DNA of 64,000 nt, from the NCBI GenBank assembly GCA_016839605.1, contig JAEOTX010000039.1:21497-85496 (forward strand), in the 5' to 3' direction. The DNA is from Candidatus Thorarchaeota archaeon (lineage in GTDB: Archaea; Asgardarchaeota; Thorarchaeia; Thorarchaeales; Thorarchaeaceae). Below are positions 46,421-56,648 of this stretch, piece by piece. The number at the start of each line of letters is the position of its first letter. Position 1 is the first letter of the stretch. Under the pieces are notes generated by a model. That model made no database searches. It saw only the letters and a program-made list of their open reading frames with translations, and had not been told where the DNA came from. The translations under genes and the position numbers were made by a program.

Positions 46421-47410
46421 ATGCCGCTCCTTGACATTAGGAATCTACGGATGTATTATGAAACACAGCAAGGTCTAGTGAAGGCGGTAGATGACGTCTC
46501 TCTTACCATTGAATTGGGCGAGTCTATTGGACTGGCTGGTGAGAGCGGCTGTGGGAAAAGCAGTCTTGCATACTCCATAATGCAGCTTCTCCCTGTAGCT
46601 GCGAATATAGTGGGAGGCAACATCTACTTCAAGGGAGAAGACCTGTTGAGCAAGAGCGCAAAAGAAATGCGGGATGTCAGGTGGAAGAATGTCGCAATCG
46701 TTTTCCAAGGTGCGATGAACGCACTGAACCCAGTGTTTGAGATAGGTGAACAGATTGCAGAAGCGATTCTGATGCATGAGAACGTGACTGAAGAAGAGGC
46801 GCTCGATAGATGTGCCAAATTGTTTGAGATGGTTGGTCTTGATGCAAGTAGAATTCATAATTATCCTCATGAGTTCTCAGGTGGAATGCGGCAAAGAGCG
46901 ATGATTGCAATGGCTCTTGCTTGTAATCCGGATTTGGTGATCGCAGATGAGCCTACCACAGCCCTGGATGTTACGATTCAGGCACAGATTCTGAAATTGA
47001 TGCAGAAACTGCAGAAAGACCTTGGACTCTCATTAATCCTAATCACTCATGATCTCAGTGTCATTGCGGAAACCTGTGATAAGACAGCTATCATGTACGC
47101 GGGTCAGATTGCTGAGCTAGCCGATGTCGTTTCTGTGTTTAAGGAGCCAATCCACCCATACGCCGCAGGCCTTGTGGGTGCAATTCCAAGTATGATTAAA
47201 GCTGAGAAGAAGAAACTAACATCTATTCCAGGATCGCCACCTAACCTGATAATTCCGCCTACAGGCTGCAGATTCCATCCGCGCTGTCCTTATGCTCAGG
47301 ACATCTGTTCCAGGGAGCAGCCATCATTTGATGAGATTGACCCTGGCAGGTTCGTTTCTTGTCACTTCGCTGAGCAGCTGAAGGGTGAGATCAAAGTAGA
47401 GTTGGAGTAA
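46421..47410 (+). CDS. ABC transporter ATP-binding protein (OppD/DppD-type)
   Basis: Walker [10 protein letters not shown], signature FSGGMRQR, Walker [14 protein letters not shown]-loop ITHDL, and the C-terminal oligopeptide-ABC domain ([14 protein letters not shown]). Confidence 0.9.
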   Translation: MPLLDIRNLRMYYETQQGLVKAVDDVSLTIELGESIGLAGESGCGKSSLAYSIMQLLPVAANIVGGNIYFKGEDLLSKSAKEMRDVRWKNVAIVFQGAMNALNPVFEIGEQIAEAILMHENVTEEEALDRCAKLFEMVGLDASRIHNYPHEFSGGMRQRAMIAMALACNPDLVIADEPTTALDVTIQAQILKLMQKLQKDLGLSLILITHDLSVIAETCDKTAIMYAGQIAELADVVSVFKEPIHPYAAGLVGAIPSMIKAEKKKLTSIPGSPPNLIIPPTGCRFHPRCPYAQDICSREQPSFDEIDPGRFVSCHFAEQLKGEIKVELE

Positions 47411-47417
47411 TGCAAAG

Positions 47418-48473
47418 ATGACAGCCGATGAATCAAGCGTGTTTCAGCAATCAGCCAATGTACGAGAGGGCGAACCTCTAATAGAGGTTAGAAACCTGAG
47501 AAAATGGTTTCCAGTGAACACAGGGTTTCTTTCATCTATTCTTTACAAGCAAGAGTTGTTTGTAAAGGCAGTAGACGGAATCAACTTTGATATTGTTAAA
47601 GGAGAGGTACTAGTACTAGCTGGCGAGTCAGGATGCGGAAAGACCACAACAGGGCGATGCATCCTCTATTTGGAGCTACCAAGTGATGGTCAGGTAGTCT
47701 ATGCCGGTCGCGACTTGGCAACACTGGACAGAAACGAGATCAAGGAATTGCGCAGGAGAATGCAAATTACTTTCCAAGATCCTTATGAATCGCTCAATCC
47801 GAAAAAGAGCATCTACAGCATAGTTTCAGAGCCCTTGACAGTGCACAATATTCCACTTTCTCCTAGTCAAAAGAGACAGCGTGTGCTGGAAGCAATGGAG
47901 AGCGTTGCACTTGTCCCCGCAGAAGACTACATTGACAGATACCCACACGAGCTGTCAGGTGGGCAGCGTCAGAGAATATCTGTGGCACGAGCGCTTATCC
48001 TTCATCCAGAGTTCATGGTAGCGGATGAGCCGGTATCAATGCTTGATGTGTCTATCCGAGCAGAAATCCTGAACCTTCTGCTGAATATTAGGGAGCAATT
48101 TTCTCTGACCTATCTATTCATCACCCACGATTTGGCTGTTGCCACTTACATTGCGGACAGAATTGGAATCATGTATCTCGGAAAAGTCATGGAGATTGGA
48201 CCTTCTCACGAGGTCGCTTTCAATCCATTGCACCCATACACCCGAGCACTCATATCAGCAGTGCCATCTGGTGACCCCACAGTGAAACGGCGAATTGAAT
48301 CACTGAAGGGCGAACCTCCAAGTCCCATCAATGTTCCGCCCGGCTGTAGGTTCCATCCTAGATGTCCTTATGCACAGGAGATATGTGTGCGCGAAATACC
48401 AGAAGACAGAGATATGGGGGAGGGCCATTTTGTTGCCTGCCACTTCGCCGGTGAATTGGGCGACGCTCCTTAG
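47418..48473 (+). CDS. ABC transporter ATP-binding protein (OppF/DppF-type)
   Basis: Walker [10 protein letters not shown], signature LSGGQRQR, Walker B MVADEPVSMLD, H-loop ITHDL, C-terminal [14 protein letters not shown]. Confidence 0.9.
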   Translation: MTADESSVFQQSANVREGEPLIEVRNLRKWFPVNTGFLSSILYKQELFVKAVDGINFDIVKGEVLVLAGESGCGKTTTGRCILYLELPSDGQVVYAGRDLATLDRNEIKELRRRMQITFQDPYESLNPKKSIYSIVSEPLTVHNIPLSPSQKRQRVLEAMESVALVPAEDYIDRYPHELSGGQRQRISVARALILHPEFMVADEPVSMLDVSIRAEILNLLLNIREQFSLTYLFITHDLAVATYIADRIGIMYLGKVMEIGPSHEVAFNPLHPYTRALISAVPSGDPTVKRRIESLKGEPPSPINVPPGCRFHPRCPYAQEICVREIPEDRDMGEGHFVACHFAGELGDAP

Positions 48474-48565
48474 TTCTGAGCCACCCAAAGGCCAATTAGC
48501 ATTCAAGTCTCACTCAATACCTAAAGCACATATGCAACCATGGAATTGCTCCTCGAGGAGATGAA

Positions 48566-49003
48566 ATGAGGGATACAACTGATCGATCCAAGTTTCTCAA
48601 AGCTATCAAGAAATGTCTCTCAGATGCTCATGGGTTCTTCCTAGATACGATGGATGCTCTTGATGACATAGGAAAAGCTTCATCTCGCACAGCTATGACT
48701 GGAATCTTTGGGGGATTCGTATTGAAGAGTTCAGAAGAAAACTATAGAACTGCTATATTGAAACTAGATGCTGCTGAGAAAGCTCTATACCCCCTAGCAA
48801 GAAGGGTCCGTGATGGCAGGGTAAATGAGTCGCATTTCAACAATCCCGAAGCCTTGCTCCTGCTAAGAGATATTGTAGACTTCGACTACGGAATTTTAAT
48901 CCAGTTCCTCTCAGAACGGAAAGGACGTGATTCCGTTTGGTATCGCCTAAGAGACTTGAGCAAGAAGATTGAGGAAATCTTCGATCTAGTTGTGGATGCA
49001 TGA
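48566..49003 (+). CDS. Hypothetical protein (145 aa)
   Basis: Complete ORF, first of three co-directional genes ending in the GCS2-fusion gene. No family recognised. Confidence 0.5.
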   Translation: MRDTTDRSKFLKAIKKCLSDAHGFFLDTMDALDDIGKASSRTAMTGIFGGFVLKSSEENYRTAILKLDAAEKALYPLARRVRDGRVNESHFNNPEALLLLRDIVDFDYGILIQFLSERKGRDSVWYRLRDLSKKIEEIFDLVVDA

Positions 49004-49113
49004 TTACTGACTGACTAGACTGTCTAGCCAACAAGAATAATAACATATCATGAACAGTCAGTATTGTAGGGCAAAGACTCGAGAGCTGTCAAAGTTCGGA
49101 GAGAGTAGCACAC

Positions 49114-49815
49114 GTGACTATGCAATTATCCGAAGAACTGGAAAAAACGGTTGAAGTCATTCGAGGAATCTTGAGAAGGCTTTCCGACCTCAACAAGGCA
49201 TTAGAACCACTTGAGAGTGAGCTCAGTGCAGCGGACTTTGCTCAGAGTGGGATTTATGTTATTGGGGCGTCAGCAGGAGTGGTCTGCTTTCCAACAGTAC
49301 TCCTTGAGGGGGACCCATTGAAGCCAATCCTTGAACATGCCAGAGCACGAGAAGCAAAGATGCCATCAATCGTTGAGGCGGGTGACCCTGAAGAATCGAG
49401 GAGCACCTGCGATCGAGTGATTAGGATGCTAAAGAGAGAGATTTGGAACAAAAGGGAATCTATCCTAAAGCCCAGCTTCTTGATTGTGATCAGATGGGAC
49501 CATTTGTTTGAAGACTTGGAAATGAACAAGACTGTCATTATTGGACGTCGCTATTATTCAGGATCAGAAGATAGCTTAAGGAGACTGATCAAGAATCTGA
49601 AGAAAATCGGACTGTCTGTAATTGAAGACTCCGGCCAGTATGGCGGAGGACCCATGACGTATGAATTCGTGCAAGAATTCTCCAAATCAAGGTCTTTGGT
49701 AGTTGTGCAGCTCACATTTTCAAAAAGCGTTGCAACAGATGAGACGAAGATTTTGGCAATGCTAGAGATGTTGTCATCTTTCCAGGTGCAATCCCATGAC
49801 AGATATAGTTCCTGA
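49114..49815 (+). CDS. Hypothetical protein (233 aa)
   Basis: Complete ORF. The 3' end overlaps the start of the 1146-aa gene by 20 nt (operon-like). No family recognised. Confidence 0.5.
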   Translation: MTMQLSEELEKTVEVIRGILRRLSDLNKALEPLESELSAADFAQSGIYVIGASAGVVCFPTVLLEGDPLKPILEHARAREAKMPSIVEAGDPEESRSTCDRVIRMLKREIWNKRESILKPSFLIVIRWDHLFEDLEMNKTVIIGRRYYSGSEDSLRRLIKNLKKIGLSVIEDSGQYGGGPMTYEFVQEFSKSRSLVVVQLTFSKSVATDETKILAMLEMLSSFQVQSHDRYSS

Positions 49816-52800
49816 AAAGAATGAGATGCACCTGCCATTTGTGCACGGCATAGAGGTAGAGCTTCAAGTCATTAAGAAAGATGGTTCATGGATTAGGGGA
49901 GAAGAAATACTTACAATCTTTGACAAGCTCATTTCGAATGCCAAAGCATTGCTTGACAAGAGAATCCAAACAGCCAGAGTAGAGTCAGTAAAGAGGAAGT
50001 ATAAACATTCAAGCCAGACAGAGGAAGGTGAACGTGGCTCTAGAGTTGTAGCTCTCTATGACAATCCTAAGGGAAAACCTACCGAGTTCACACTTCTTGG
50101 ACATGACCCCAACGTAACGAGTCTAACTTGGATATTAGAAATTGCGACACCTCCATGCACATCAATTGAAGAGTTGGCATGGTGGATTCAGACGCTCATT
50201 GCCATCTCTTATGAGTCGCTTCCTAAAGAGGCCAGAGCAATTCTCGTCTCAACCGGACTGAATCCCGCTCAGGAGTATCTAAAGAATCTCTCATTTGGAG
50301 AACATCATCACATTCTCGGTCCAGACGTTGATGATCATGTCCGCCTAGCTGTTTACAATATGTTCCGAAACTTCATCCCGCATCTCATTGCTCTTTCTGT
50401 TAACTCTCCCTTTGAGAATAAGAAGCCTACTGACACTGTAGAGATTGACGAAGAGGGTAGGACCAGAGCACCAAGATGTAAGCGATCAATCAGACTCGTT
50501 AGAAACACGACACAGCTGGGGCCAACAAATGAGTTTGAATTCATACCATACATGGTACAGCCTGATAAGGAAGCTTTTGCTAGGCATGTAAACCGCAGCT
50601 ACGCCAGAATGGTTGACATGTATCCGTTTCATCGATTAGGAACGGTAGAGCTTAGAGTCTTTGACACGCAATTGTCGATACCCAGGAGAGTGGGCATAGC
50701 ACTAATACTGCAAGCTCTTGCATTGAAAGCAAAGAGAATGGTCGAACAAGGAGAGAAGATACCTGATGCGGGGGCAAAGTCACTGGCAGCGAATCGAGCG
50801 TCTGCTGTATCGGCTGGTCTCTGGGGCCCTTTTCGATCAGGTAGTGAAACTGATAATCCCGAGTTCATGCGCCTCTATAACTTCAAGGTCGATGATGACG
50901 GCGAAACGGACGACAGAAAAAGAAACAGATTCTTGGGTGACGCAGTCATATCAATGCTCTACTTGATTCGGGATGAGCTGGAAGAACTGGATGTTGTTGA
51001 TAATCCGTTTATGCAACCAATCCTTGTTTCGGTGTTTGGGAGTGAAGTCGTCCCTCCAAGGACCACTGGCGCAGACTTCCAGTTGGATGTATATGCCAAA
51101 TCGGACATGAATATGGTTGTACTATTGAAAAGCCTCGCTGACATCACAAGGGAATGCTGTACCAATTGGGTATATGATCCACTTGAAGGCACGCCGAAAC
51201 TACCAACATGGTTGTGCTGGTGGACAGGACTTGAGCCAGAGATACTGACTGACATAGAACAACTTTTCGCAGGGCAGGAAGCAGAATTCATTGTTTCTCT
51301 GAGGAATACTGGTGACCGTCCCCTTTTCAATCTAGGAGTAGATTTCACCATTGAAGACTCAGCTAGAAATGTTGTACATGAGGGCGTCCGGGGAGTTCCT
51401 GAGATTAGTTCCGGGCAGATCCATTCAGAGCGAATAGTATTCCAGACCAGCAAAGAAGTTACAGCCTATAACATCATAGTAGCAATTGGACTTGCTGGAA
51501 AACAAATTCACCTGACAGGGACCTTGAACACCTACTGGATGAAGGCGAATATCAGACCAGGAACCACAACTCAGTTCTCAGATGGAAAGACACCAGTTCT
51601 TTACAAAGGCGACATTGAGACCAACTTCCCTGAATCAACCGATGTAACTGTTGATATTGCGGTCATCGCTCCAAACAAAGAAAGAGTTCTAGCTATAGTG
51701 ACAGATAAGCTAAGAGTTGAGAGTCTGGATACGATATTGTTTGACCAAACGAGTCTCCCGGCAATCGTAGTTCCTACCGATGCCTCTCATGGCGTTGAAC
51801 GATGCATTTTACGCCTCAATCTTGTTGATGCTGAAGATGAGCTCATAACATCAGTCACATCAAAGCCGTTCTATATTGGATTCGCTAGGAAAGGCCCACA
51901 ACTTCTTTTCGATGCAGAACTAAAGGGAGTCTACTATCCAGGGGATTTGATTGTTGGCGAGATTGAGCTCGCATCAAAGAAGCATTCTATGAGCAAAAAT
52001 GCATTTCTACTTGTAGAGTTCCGTTCAGACTCAGGGGAACATGTTGAGATAGCCCGGTTTGGTGTAAAAGAAGTAGTTGAGGCGCCCGTGAGATTTACCT
52101 GGCGTGTGCCCCCTATCGAATCTGAAGAGCTCTCTCATCGCGCAGGTGTGATTGTATCATCGATGGTGGATAAGGGAAAGGAAGTTGCATCTACTGAGAC
52201 CGTTCGCTTCAGAATAGACCGCCTTGGAGTTCTCCTAAATATTGACTCACTTCGTGCACCAGACACAGCGCACATTGGGGGGAAGATTTCGGGATGGTTG
52301 AGAGTAAGGCGCAACACCGAACTGGGAGGCCCAGCTGGGTTGATTGTGGCCTTGAAGTTCCCGGATGAGGAGGAACAAGTTCTCGTTGAACAAGGCGTCA
52401 AGCAAAGCAGGAATCTCTCTTTGGCCTTTGGACCAGTCACCATTCCTCAACCAAAACAGAAAAAGAAACCGTCTAGTGTGACTCTCACGGCCAAGCTGAC
52501 ATATGAAGGCACAGTTATAGACCAGAGATCTACAGAGATTGCGCTATCTGATGGACCGGAGGGGCAAATCGCAAGTGTGAGCTTTGCAGGGGTCCCGGCA
52601 TATGTGTTACCAGATGAAGAAATTAGACCAGTTCTTCAGGTGACAAATATCACTGGTAAGAAATTGAAGTATGATATTAGGATAGAATTGGAGTCGGTTG
52701 GAGGAACAGACAAACTGGTCAAGAGCTCTCGAACTATGGACCCAGGCCAGAGCAAGATTCTGCCGATACAACTGCGTGTGCCCTTGAGTGCAGAAATGAG

Positions 52801-53236
52801 CACTGCACACCTAAAGGCCATAGTGAAGTGCGGCAGATTAACTATGGAAAGGAAGGAACGATTCAAGGTTAAAGCAATTGAAAGCCCCGTGTTTGATGTG
52901 GATTTCTGGATTCGAAAGAAGTCAGGTGAAGAAATACCAGGACTTGTGGCAAGGCTCACAAAAGTGGAGTTAAGAGCGAGGATAGGTGGTCTCAAAGAAG
53001 GAATGAGCGACCTGGAAGTGATTCTTAGGGTAATGTCAAGAAGAGAGATAGTGAAACAGTTTAAAGCTTCACTCTCTGAAGTTGAGGCAGGCGAGAAAGA
53101 GATCACTTTCCAGTGGACGACGCCCCCTGTTGACATGGTCACCGGGTATTATTTGGATGCTGTAATCACTCAGGATGGAAAGACTCTTCCAGATAGAGCC
53201 ATTCGACAGAATCGGAAGCAATTCACAGTGTACTAG
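49796..53236 (+). CDS. Giant fusion protein: N-terminal glutamate-cysteine ligase family 2 (GCS2 / YbdK-type carboxylate-amine ligase) domain plus about 750 aa of repeated beta-sandwich (CARDB/Ig-like) domains
   Basis: N-terminus FVHGIEVELQVIKKDG...HHHILGPDVDDHVRLAVYNMFRNFIPHLIALSVNSPF...HRLGTVELRVFDTQLS aligns with E. coli YbdK (TLGIELEMQVV...[35 protein letters not shown]...PHFGTVEVRVMDTPLT). The remainder consists of about 100-aa repeats rich in beta patterns (EAEFIVSLRNTGDRPLFNLGVDFTI, LQVTNITGKKLKYDIRIELE), typical of CARDB-like domains. Confidence 0.75.
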   Translation: MTDIVPEKNEMHLPFVHGIEVELQVIKKDGSWIRGEEILTIFDKLISNAKALLDKRIQTARVESVKRKYKHSSQTEEGERGSRVVALYDNPKGKPTEFTLLGHDPNVTSLTWILEIATPPCTSIEELAWWIQTLIAISYESLPKEARAILVSTGLNPAQEYLKNLSFGEHHHILGPDVDDHVRLAVYNMFRNFIPHLIALSVNSPFENKKPTDTVEIDEEGRTRAPRCKRSIRLVRNTTQLGPTNEFEFIPYMVQPDKEAFARHVNRSYARMVDMYPFHRLGTVELRVFDTQLSIPRRVGIALILQALALKAKRMVEQGEKIPDAGAKSLAANRASAVSAGLWGPFRSGSETDNPEFMRLYNFKVDDDGETDDRKRNRFLGDAVISMLYLIRDELEELDVVDNPFMQPILVSVFGSEVVPPRTTGADFQLDVYAKSDMNMVVLLKSLADITRECCTNWVYDPLEGTPKLPTWLCWWTGLEPEILTDIEQLFAGQEAEFIVSLRNTGDRPLFNLGVDFTIEDSARNVVHEGVRGVPEISSGQIHSERIVFQTSKEVTAYNIIVAIGLAGKQIHLTGTLNTYWMKANIRPGTTTQFSDGKTPVLYKGDIETNFPESTDVTVDIAVIAPNKERVLAIVTDKLRVESLDTILFDQTSLPAIVVPTDASHGVERCILRLNLVDAEDELITSVTSKPFYIGFARKGPQLLFDAELKGVYYPGDLIVGEIELASKKHSMSKNAFLLVEFRSDSGEHVEIARFGVKEVVEAPVRFTWRVPPIESEELSHRAGVIVSSMVDKGKEVASTETVRFRIDRLGVLLNIDSLRAPDTAHIGGKISGWLRVRRNTELGGPAGLIVALKFPDEEEQVLVEQGVKQSRNLSLAFGPVTIPQPKQKKKPSSVTLTAKLTYEGTVIDQRSTEIALSDGPEGQIASVSFAGVPAYVLPDEEIRPVLQVTNITGKKLKYDIRIELESVGGTDKLVKSSRTMDPGQSKILPIQLRVPLSAEMSTAHLKAIVKCGRLTMERKERFKVKAIESPVFDVDFWIRKKSGEEIPGLVARLTKVELRARIGGLKEGMSDLEVILRVMSRREIVKQFKASLSEVEAGEKEITFQWTTPPVDMVTGYYLDAVITQDGKTLPDRAIRQNRKQFTVY

Positions 53237-53485
53237 GTGTGTGGATTGGATTACATCATAAAAGTGTCTAACTCTTCTAGGACTATATAATAATCCTCGA
53301 AGAAGAACGATGCAGAGTTCGACATTTGACTGTTCAGTTTGCAAAGGTATAATAGGGACAGCACGGCCGCCGTTTGTTAATCGGATTAGTTTGCTGATAG
53401 CAGGTATATGGTCATAGAACTGTATTGATAGTTTATGGATTGGCGTCTACAATCAACTGAATGACTGATATGACAATTTACGGAT

Positions 53486-54424
53486 GTGAATGTGATGCAG
53501 GAACTATTGACCCACCCGGTCGTTTCCGGGCTTCTTGTGATGACGCTAGTGGGCGTTCTCGCATACAAGGCAGGATTCCTTGACATCTCAGGAATGATCA
53601 GCGCATTCCTAGTAGGATTCGTAGTATGGTATACTGGAGGCCCGCCTGCTTTTACAATTCTGCTATTCTTCTTCTTTACTTCTGGTTTAGCGACCAAGTT
53701 CAAATACAAGGCCAAGGCAAAGCAAGGACTTGCTCAAGAGGGCAGGGGTAGGCGATCATTCAGGAATGTTCTTGCAAGTGGTATAATTCCACTCTTCTTC
53801 TCAGTAGCGTGGTACATTACACGAACCTATCCATCCCTGGGAATAGACCCATTCTGGATGTTTGGAGGATTTGTTGGGGCCGTGGCAACAACTGCTGCTG
53901 ATACATTGGCGTCAGAGATAGGAGTCTTTAGCAAAGCAAAACCCAGACTCATAACCAATCTAAGGAGGAAAGTTCCAAGAGGCACAATAGGAGCGGTCTC
54001 GCTATTGGGTGAGGCCGTGGCTGCTGCAGCTGGTTTGGCTATAGGAATCATCGCAGTGGTCTTTGCATTATTCTCTTCAGGAACTGAGTGGGGATCGGTC
54101 CCAGTTGCGAATGCAGCACAGTTCATGTTCATCATTCCTTTGGCTATCCTGACAGGATTCATAGGCTGCAATCTTGACAGTCTGATTGGTGCTATTGCAC
54201 AGAACAGATTCGTTTGCGAGATTTGTGGAGCCATCACAGACAGAGAATTTCACTGCAGCTATGAAACGAAGTATGTGGGTGGCTTCAAGCGGTTTACAAA
54301 TGTCCATGTCAATCTTGGATCGTCAACCATGGGTGCAACTTTGGGCATTGTCTTAGGTGCAGGATTGTTTGTATGGATTTTGGGCGGCTTGTTCTTCTGG
54401 ATTGCTGCATCATCGAGTAGCTAG
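53486..54424 (+). CDS. DUF92 (TMEM19-like) integral membrane protein with an inserted CxxC...C zinc-ribbon
   Basis: RSFRNVLASGIIPLFF (compare DUF92 R...QVlaNG) and AVATTAADTLASEIGVFSKAKPRLITNLRRKVPRGTIGAVSLLGEAVAAAAG (compare a.DTwASEiG......it....v..GT.GgvS..G). The CEICGAITDREFHC insertion is unusual. Confidence 0.65.
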   Translation: MNVMQELLTHPVVSGLLVMTLVGVLAYKAGFLDISGMISAFLVGFVVWYTGGPPAFTILLFFFFTSGLATKFKYKAKAKQGLAQEGRGRRSFRNVLASGIIPLFFSVAWYITRTYPSLGIDPFWMFGGFVGAVATTAADTLASEIGVFSKAKPRLITNLRRKVPRGTIGAVSLLGEAVAAAAGLAIGIIAVVFALFSSGTEWGSVPVANAAQFMFIIPLAILTGFIGCNLDSLIGAIAQNRFVCEICGAITDREFHCSYETKYVGGFKRFTNVHVNLGSSTMGATLGIVLGAGLFVWILGGLFFWIAASSSS

Positions 54425-55776
54425 TTCTTGGAGATGTGTTTCTGCTCATATTTCATTGCTGCTTCGAAAGCTTTTGAAGGTCGGACTCCAGCCGCAAGTG
54501 ATTGAAGAAATTTAGCCATGAACCATGGTGTGATGTCATCAGTTGAATATTCACGGATGTGCCAAATGGCTTTAGAAGTCTTATCAGGGAAAACCTTGAA
54601 GGCATCCTTACCTTGCATGACGACGAGGGCAGCATCTGTCAAATCTTGCAAAGAGGGAATGGGATTCGACCCCAATTGATTCTTGATTTCTTGCCACTCG
54701 AGATCTGATACTACAAGTACATCAATCTGACTGAGAATGGGCTCAAGCTCGTGAACACCTCGCTTCCAGAAATGAGGCGAGCATCTGTATACCAAGGGCA
54801 CAGCATTCGCCTTGGCATAAGCAGCAATAGAAACTGCGACTTCAAGGAACACCTCGCCTAGATAGACCACCTTGGCGCTGGCGATGACGTCCCATGGTAC
54901 TTGAGAGGGAGAAGTAAGAGAGAGAGCAGATACATCTCCAATTCCTACCAAAGTTCGTGAACCTTCCTCCTCATCCAAGATGATTGTTTCATTCGTATGC
55001 TTTTCATCCTCCACCACAAAATGAGAGACATCAACGTTCCTGTTTACTAGACTTGATATCACAGACCACCCATCTTGATCGTTACCAACAGAGGACACCA
55101 ATGCAATAGGCAATCCCAAATTAGCAAGAGAGAGAGCCAGCTCCACTGTAGAGCCGCCAGGCTCTCTATAGGGAACGCTACAGCCCATCTCGCCTCCAAC
55201 TGGAGGAATCTCCGTACAACTGATTTTGGTAAAATATGCGCATGCGCCGAATAGAACATACTCTGGCTTCTCATAGACTTGTGAGCCCTGCAGTATTGCC
55301 CTTGCCCGTGTACGTGTAAACACATCGAATATCGTGGATGAATCAAGGCCTCGCTCACGATACAGAGAAACAAGACTGGAAAGATAATCTTCGAGAAGGG
55401 ATGCTGTGAGGTCACCAAGGTCCGAAGGAAGTCCTGCTGAAAACAGACGCGTGACACCCCATCCGCTTTTCGTAAGCTCATGATAGACAACCCGCTTTCC
55501 TCCATCAACAGATGAAGACGTGGTGATGAGCCCAAACTCCTTGAGCGCTTTTAGATATGCGAGTATACTCTTGTTTGAATGGGGGAGAGTTTTTACAAGA
55601 TCACGCTGCAAGGCTCGTCCATCTTCTTCGAATGCGCCGAGTACTCCAGAAGCAACCTTCGACGCAAGCACCGTCTTGATGAACTGACGTTTTCGGTCCA
55701 ATTCCTCTGGTAGAAACATGACATAAGGCCAGAGATTATCCTGCGGGTCCATTCTTCTTGTCTCCAACATGTTCAT
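54421..55776 (-). CDS. Fusion of an N-terminal winged-helix DNA-binding domain and a ribokinase-like (PfkB-fold) domain, possibly a degenerate kinase
   Basis: The N-terminal region (ILAYLKALKEFGLITTSSSVDGGKRVVYHELTKSGW) resembles wHTH. The central and C-terminal part (GGSTVELALSLANLGLPIALVSSVGND..., VLVVSDLE...) resembles PfkB carbohydrate kinases, but the C-terminal DTxGAGD anion-hole motif is not evident. Confidence 0.55.
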   Translation of the reverse strand: MNMLETRRMDPQDNLWPYVMFLPEELDRKRQFIKTVLASKVASGVLGAFEEDGRALQRDLVKTLPHSNKSILAYLKALKEFGLITTSSSVDGGKRVVYHELTKSGWGVTRLFSAGLPSDLGDLTASLLEDYLSSLVSLYRERGLDSSTIFDVFTRTRARAILQGSQVYEKPEYVLFGACAYFTKISCTEIPPVGGEMGCSVPYREPGGSTVELALSLANLGLPIALVSSVGNDQDGWSVISSLVNRNVDVSHFVVEDEKHTNETIILDEEEGSRTLVGIGDVSALSLTSPSQVPWDVIASAKVVYLGEVFLEVAVSIAAYAKANAVPLVYRCSPHFWKRGVHELEPILSQIDVLVVSDLEWQEIKNQLGSNPIPSLQDLTDAALVVMQGKDAFKVFPDKTSKAIWHIREYSTDDITPWFMAKFLQSLAAGVRPSKAFEAAMKYEQKHISKN

Positions 55777-55859
55777 ATAGTGGTTTAGGGCAGCGATTTA
55801 GTGTACATAACTGCCTATGTAGTTTACTAAACTACATAAAATAAGAGCGAGGTAGTAGT

Positions 55860-56648
55860 ATGTCGAACTTCACAAGATCAGGCGCGTATCCGTGGGCCTT
55901 AGTCGGAATCTTTGCAGCGGTTCAACTCGTGATGACTGCCTTTCCAATCACCTTTTCTATTGGAATCGGAGGAATTCTATCACTGGGATTAGTAGCTGCA
56001 CCAATCATAGGATATCTATTGGGACCGTTCTTCGGAACTATATCTGTACTCATTGGATCATTTCTGGGAGTTTCAATCAATGTGGCTCTGCACCCACTTG
56101 CAATGTTCACACCGATAGCTCCTGCAGCTAGCGCATTGGTGGCAGGGTCGCTGAGAGTGAAGAAACCGATTGTTGTTCCACTCGTCTATATCGCATCCAT
56201 AGGAATATTCCTAGTGAGTCCAATCGCAGGACTCTCGTATGCCTTCCTATGGTTCCATATCATAGCCCTGATTCTGTCACTCCTGTTCTTGATGCCTCTC
56301 TTCAGGGAAAAGCTGTCGAGCGGCCTAGAAATGGATGCAAATGTTGGATATGGAATTGGTGTCGTGTCAATATGGCTGCTCAGCTTGATCTCAGTGTTAG
56401 CTGACCAGTTGGTTGGATCTACTATTGGAGCGTTTTATTTCGTCACTCTGGGATTGGATGCCCCCACAGTTGCCGGATTCTATGCTACTGCCATTTTCAT
56501 ATATCCCATTGAAAGGACTCTAGCATCAATCATTGCTGCCTTTGTAATCGTGGCTCTTGCCAAATTCCTTGCAAAGACATACTTTGACCTTCCAACCACA
56601 CCACTGGAATCTGGAATCCAAGAACTGCCCGAGGAAGAGATACAGTAG
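55860..56648 (+). CDS. Hypothetical polytopic membrane protein (possibly an ECF-transporter S-component-like fold)
   Basis: 6-7 hydrophobic helices, Gly-rich small-residue packing motifs. Family uncertain. Confidence 0.45.
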   Translation: MSNFTRSGAYPWALVGIFAAVQLVMTAFPITFSIGIGGILSLGLVAAPIIGYLLGPFFGTISVLIGSFLGVSINVALHPLAMFTPIAPAASALVAGSLRVKKPIVVPLVYIASIGIFLVSPIAGLSYAFLWFHIIALILSLLFLMPLFREKLSSGLEMDANVGYGIGVVSIWLLSLISVLADQLVGSTIGAFYFVTLGLDAPTVAGFYATAIFIYPIERTLASIIAAFVIVALAKFLAKTYFDLPTTPLESGIQELPEEEIQ

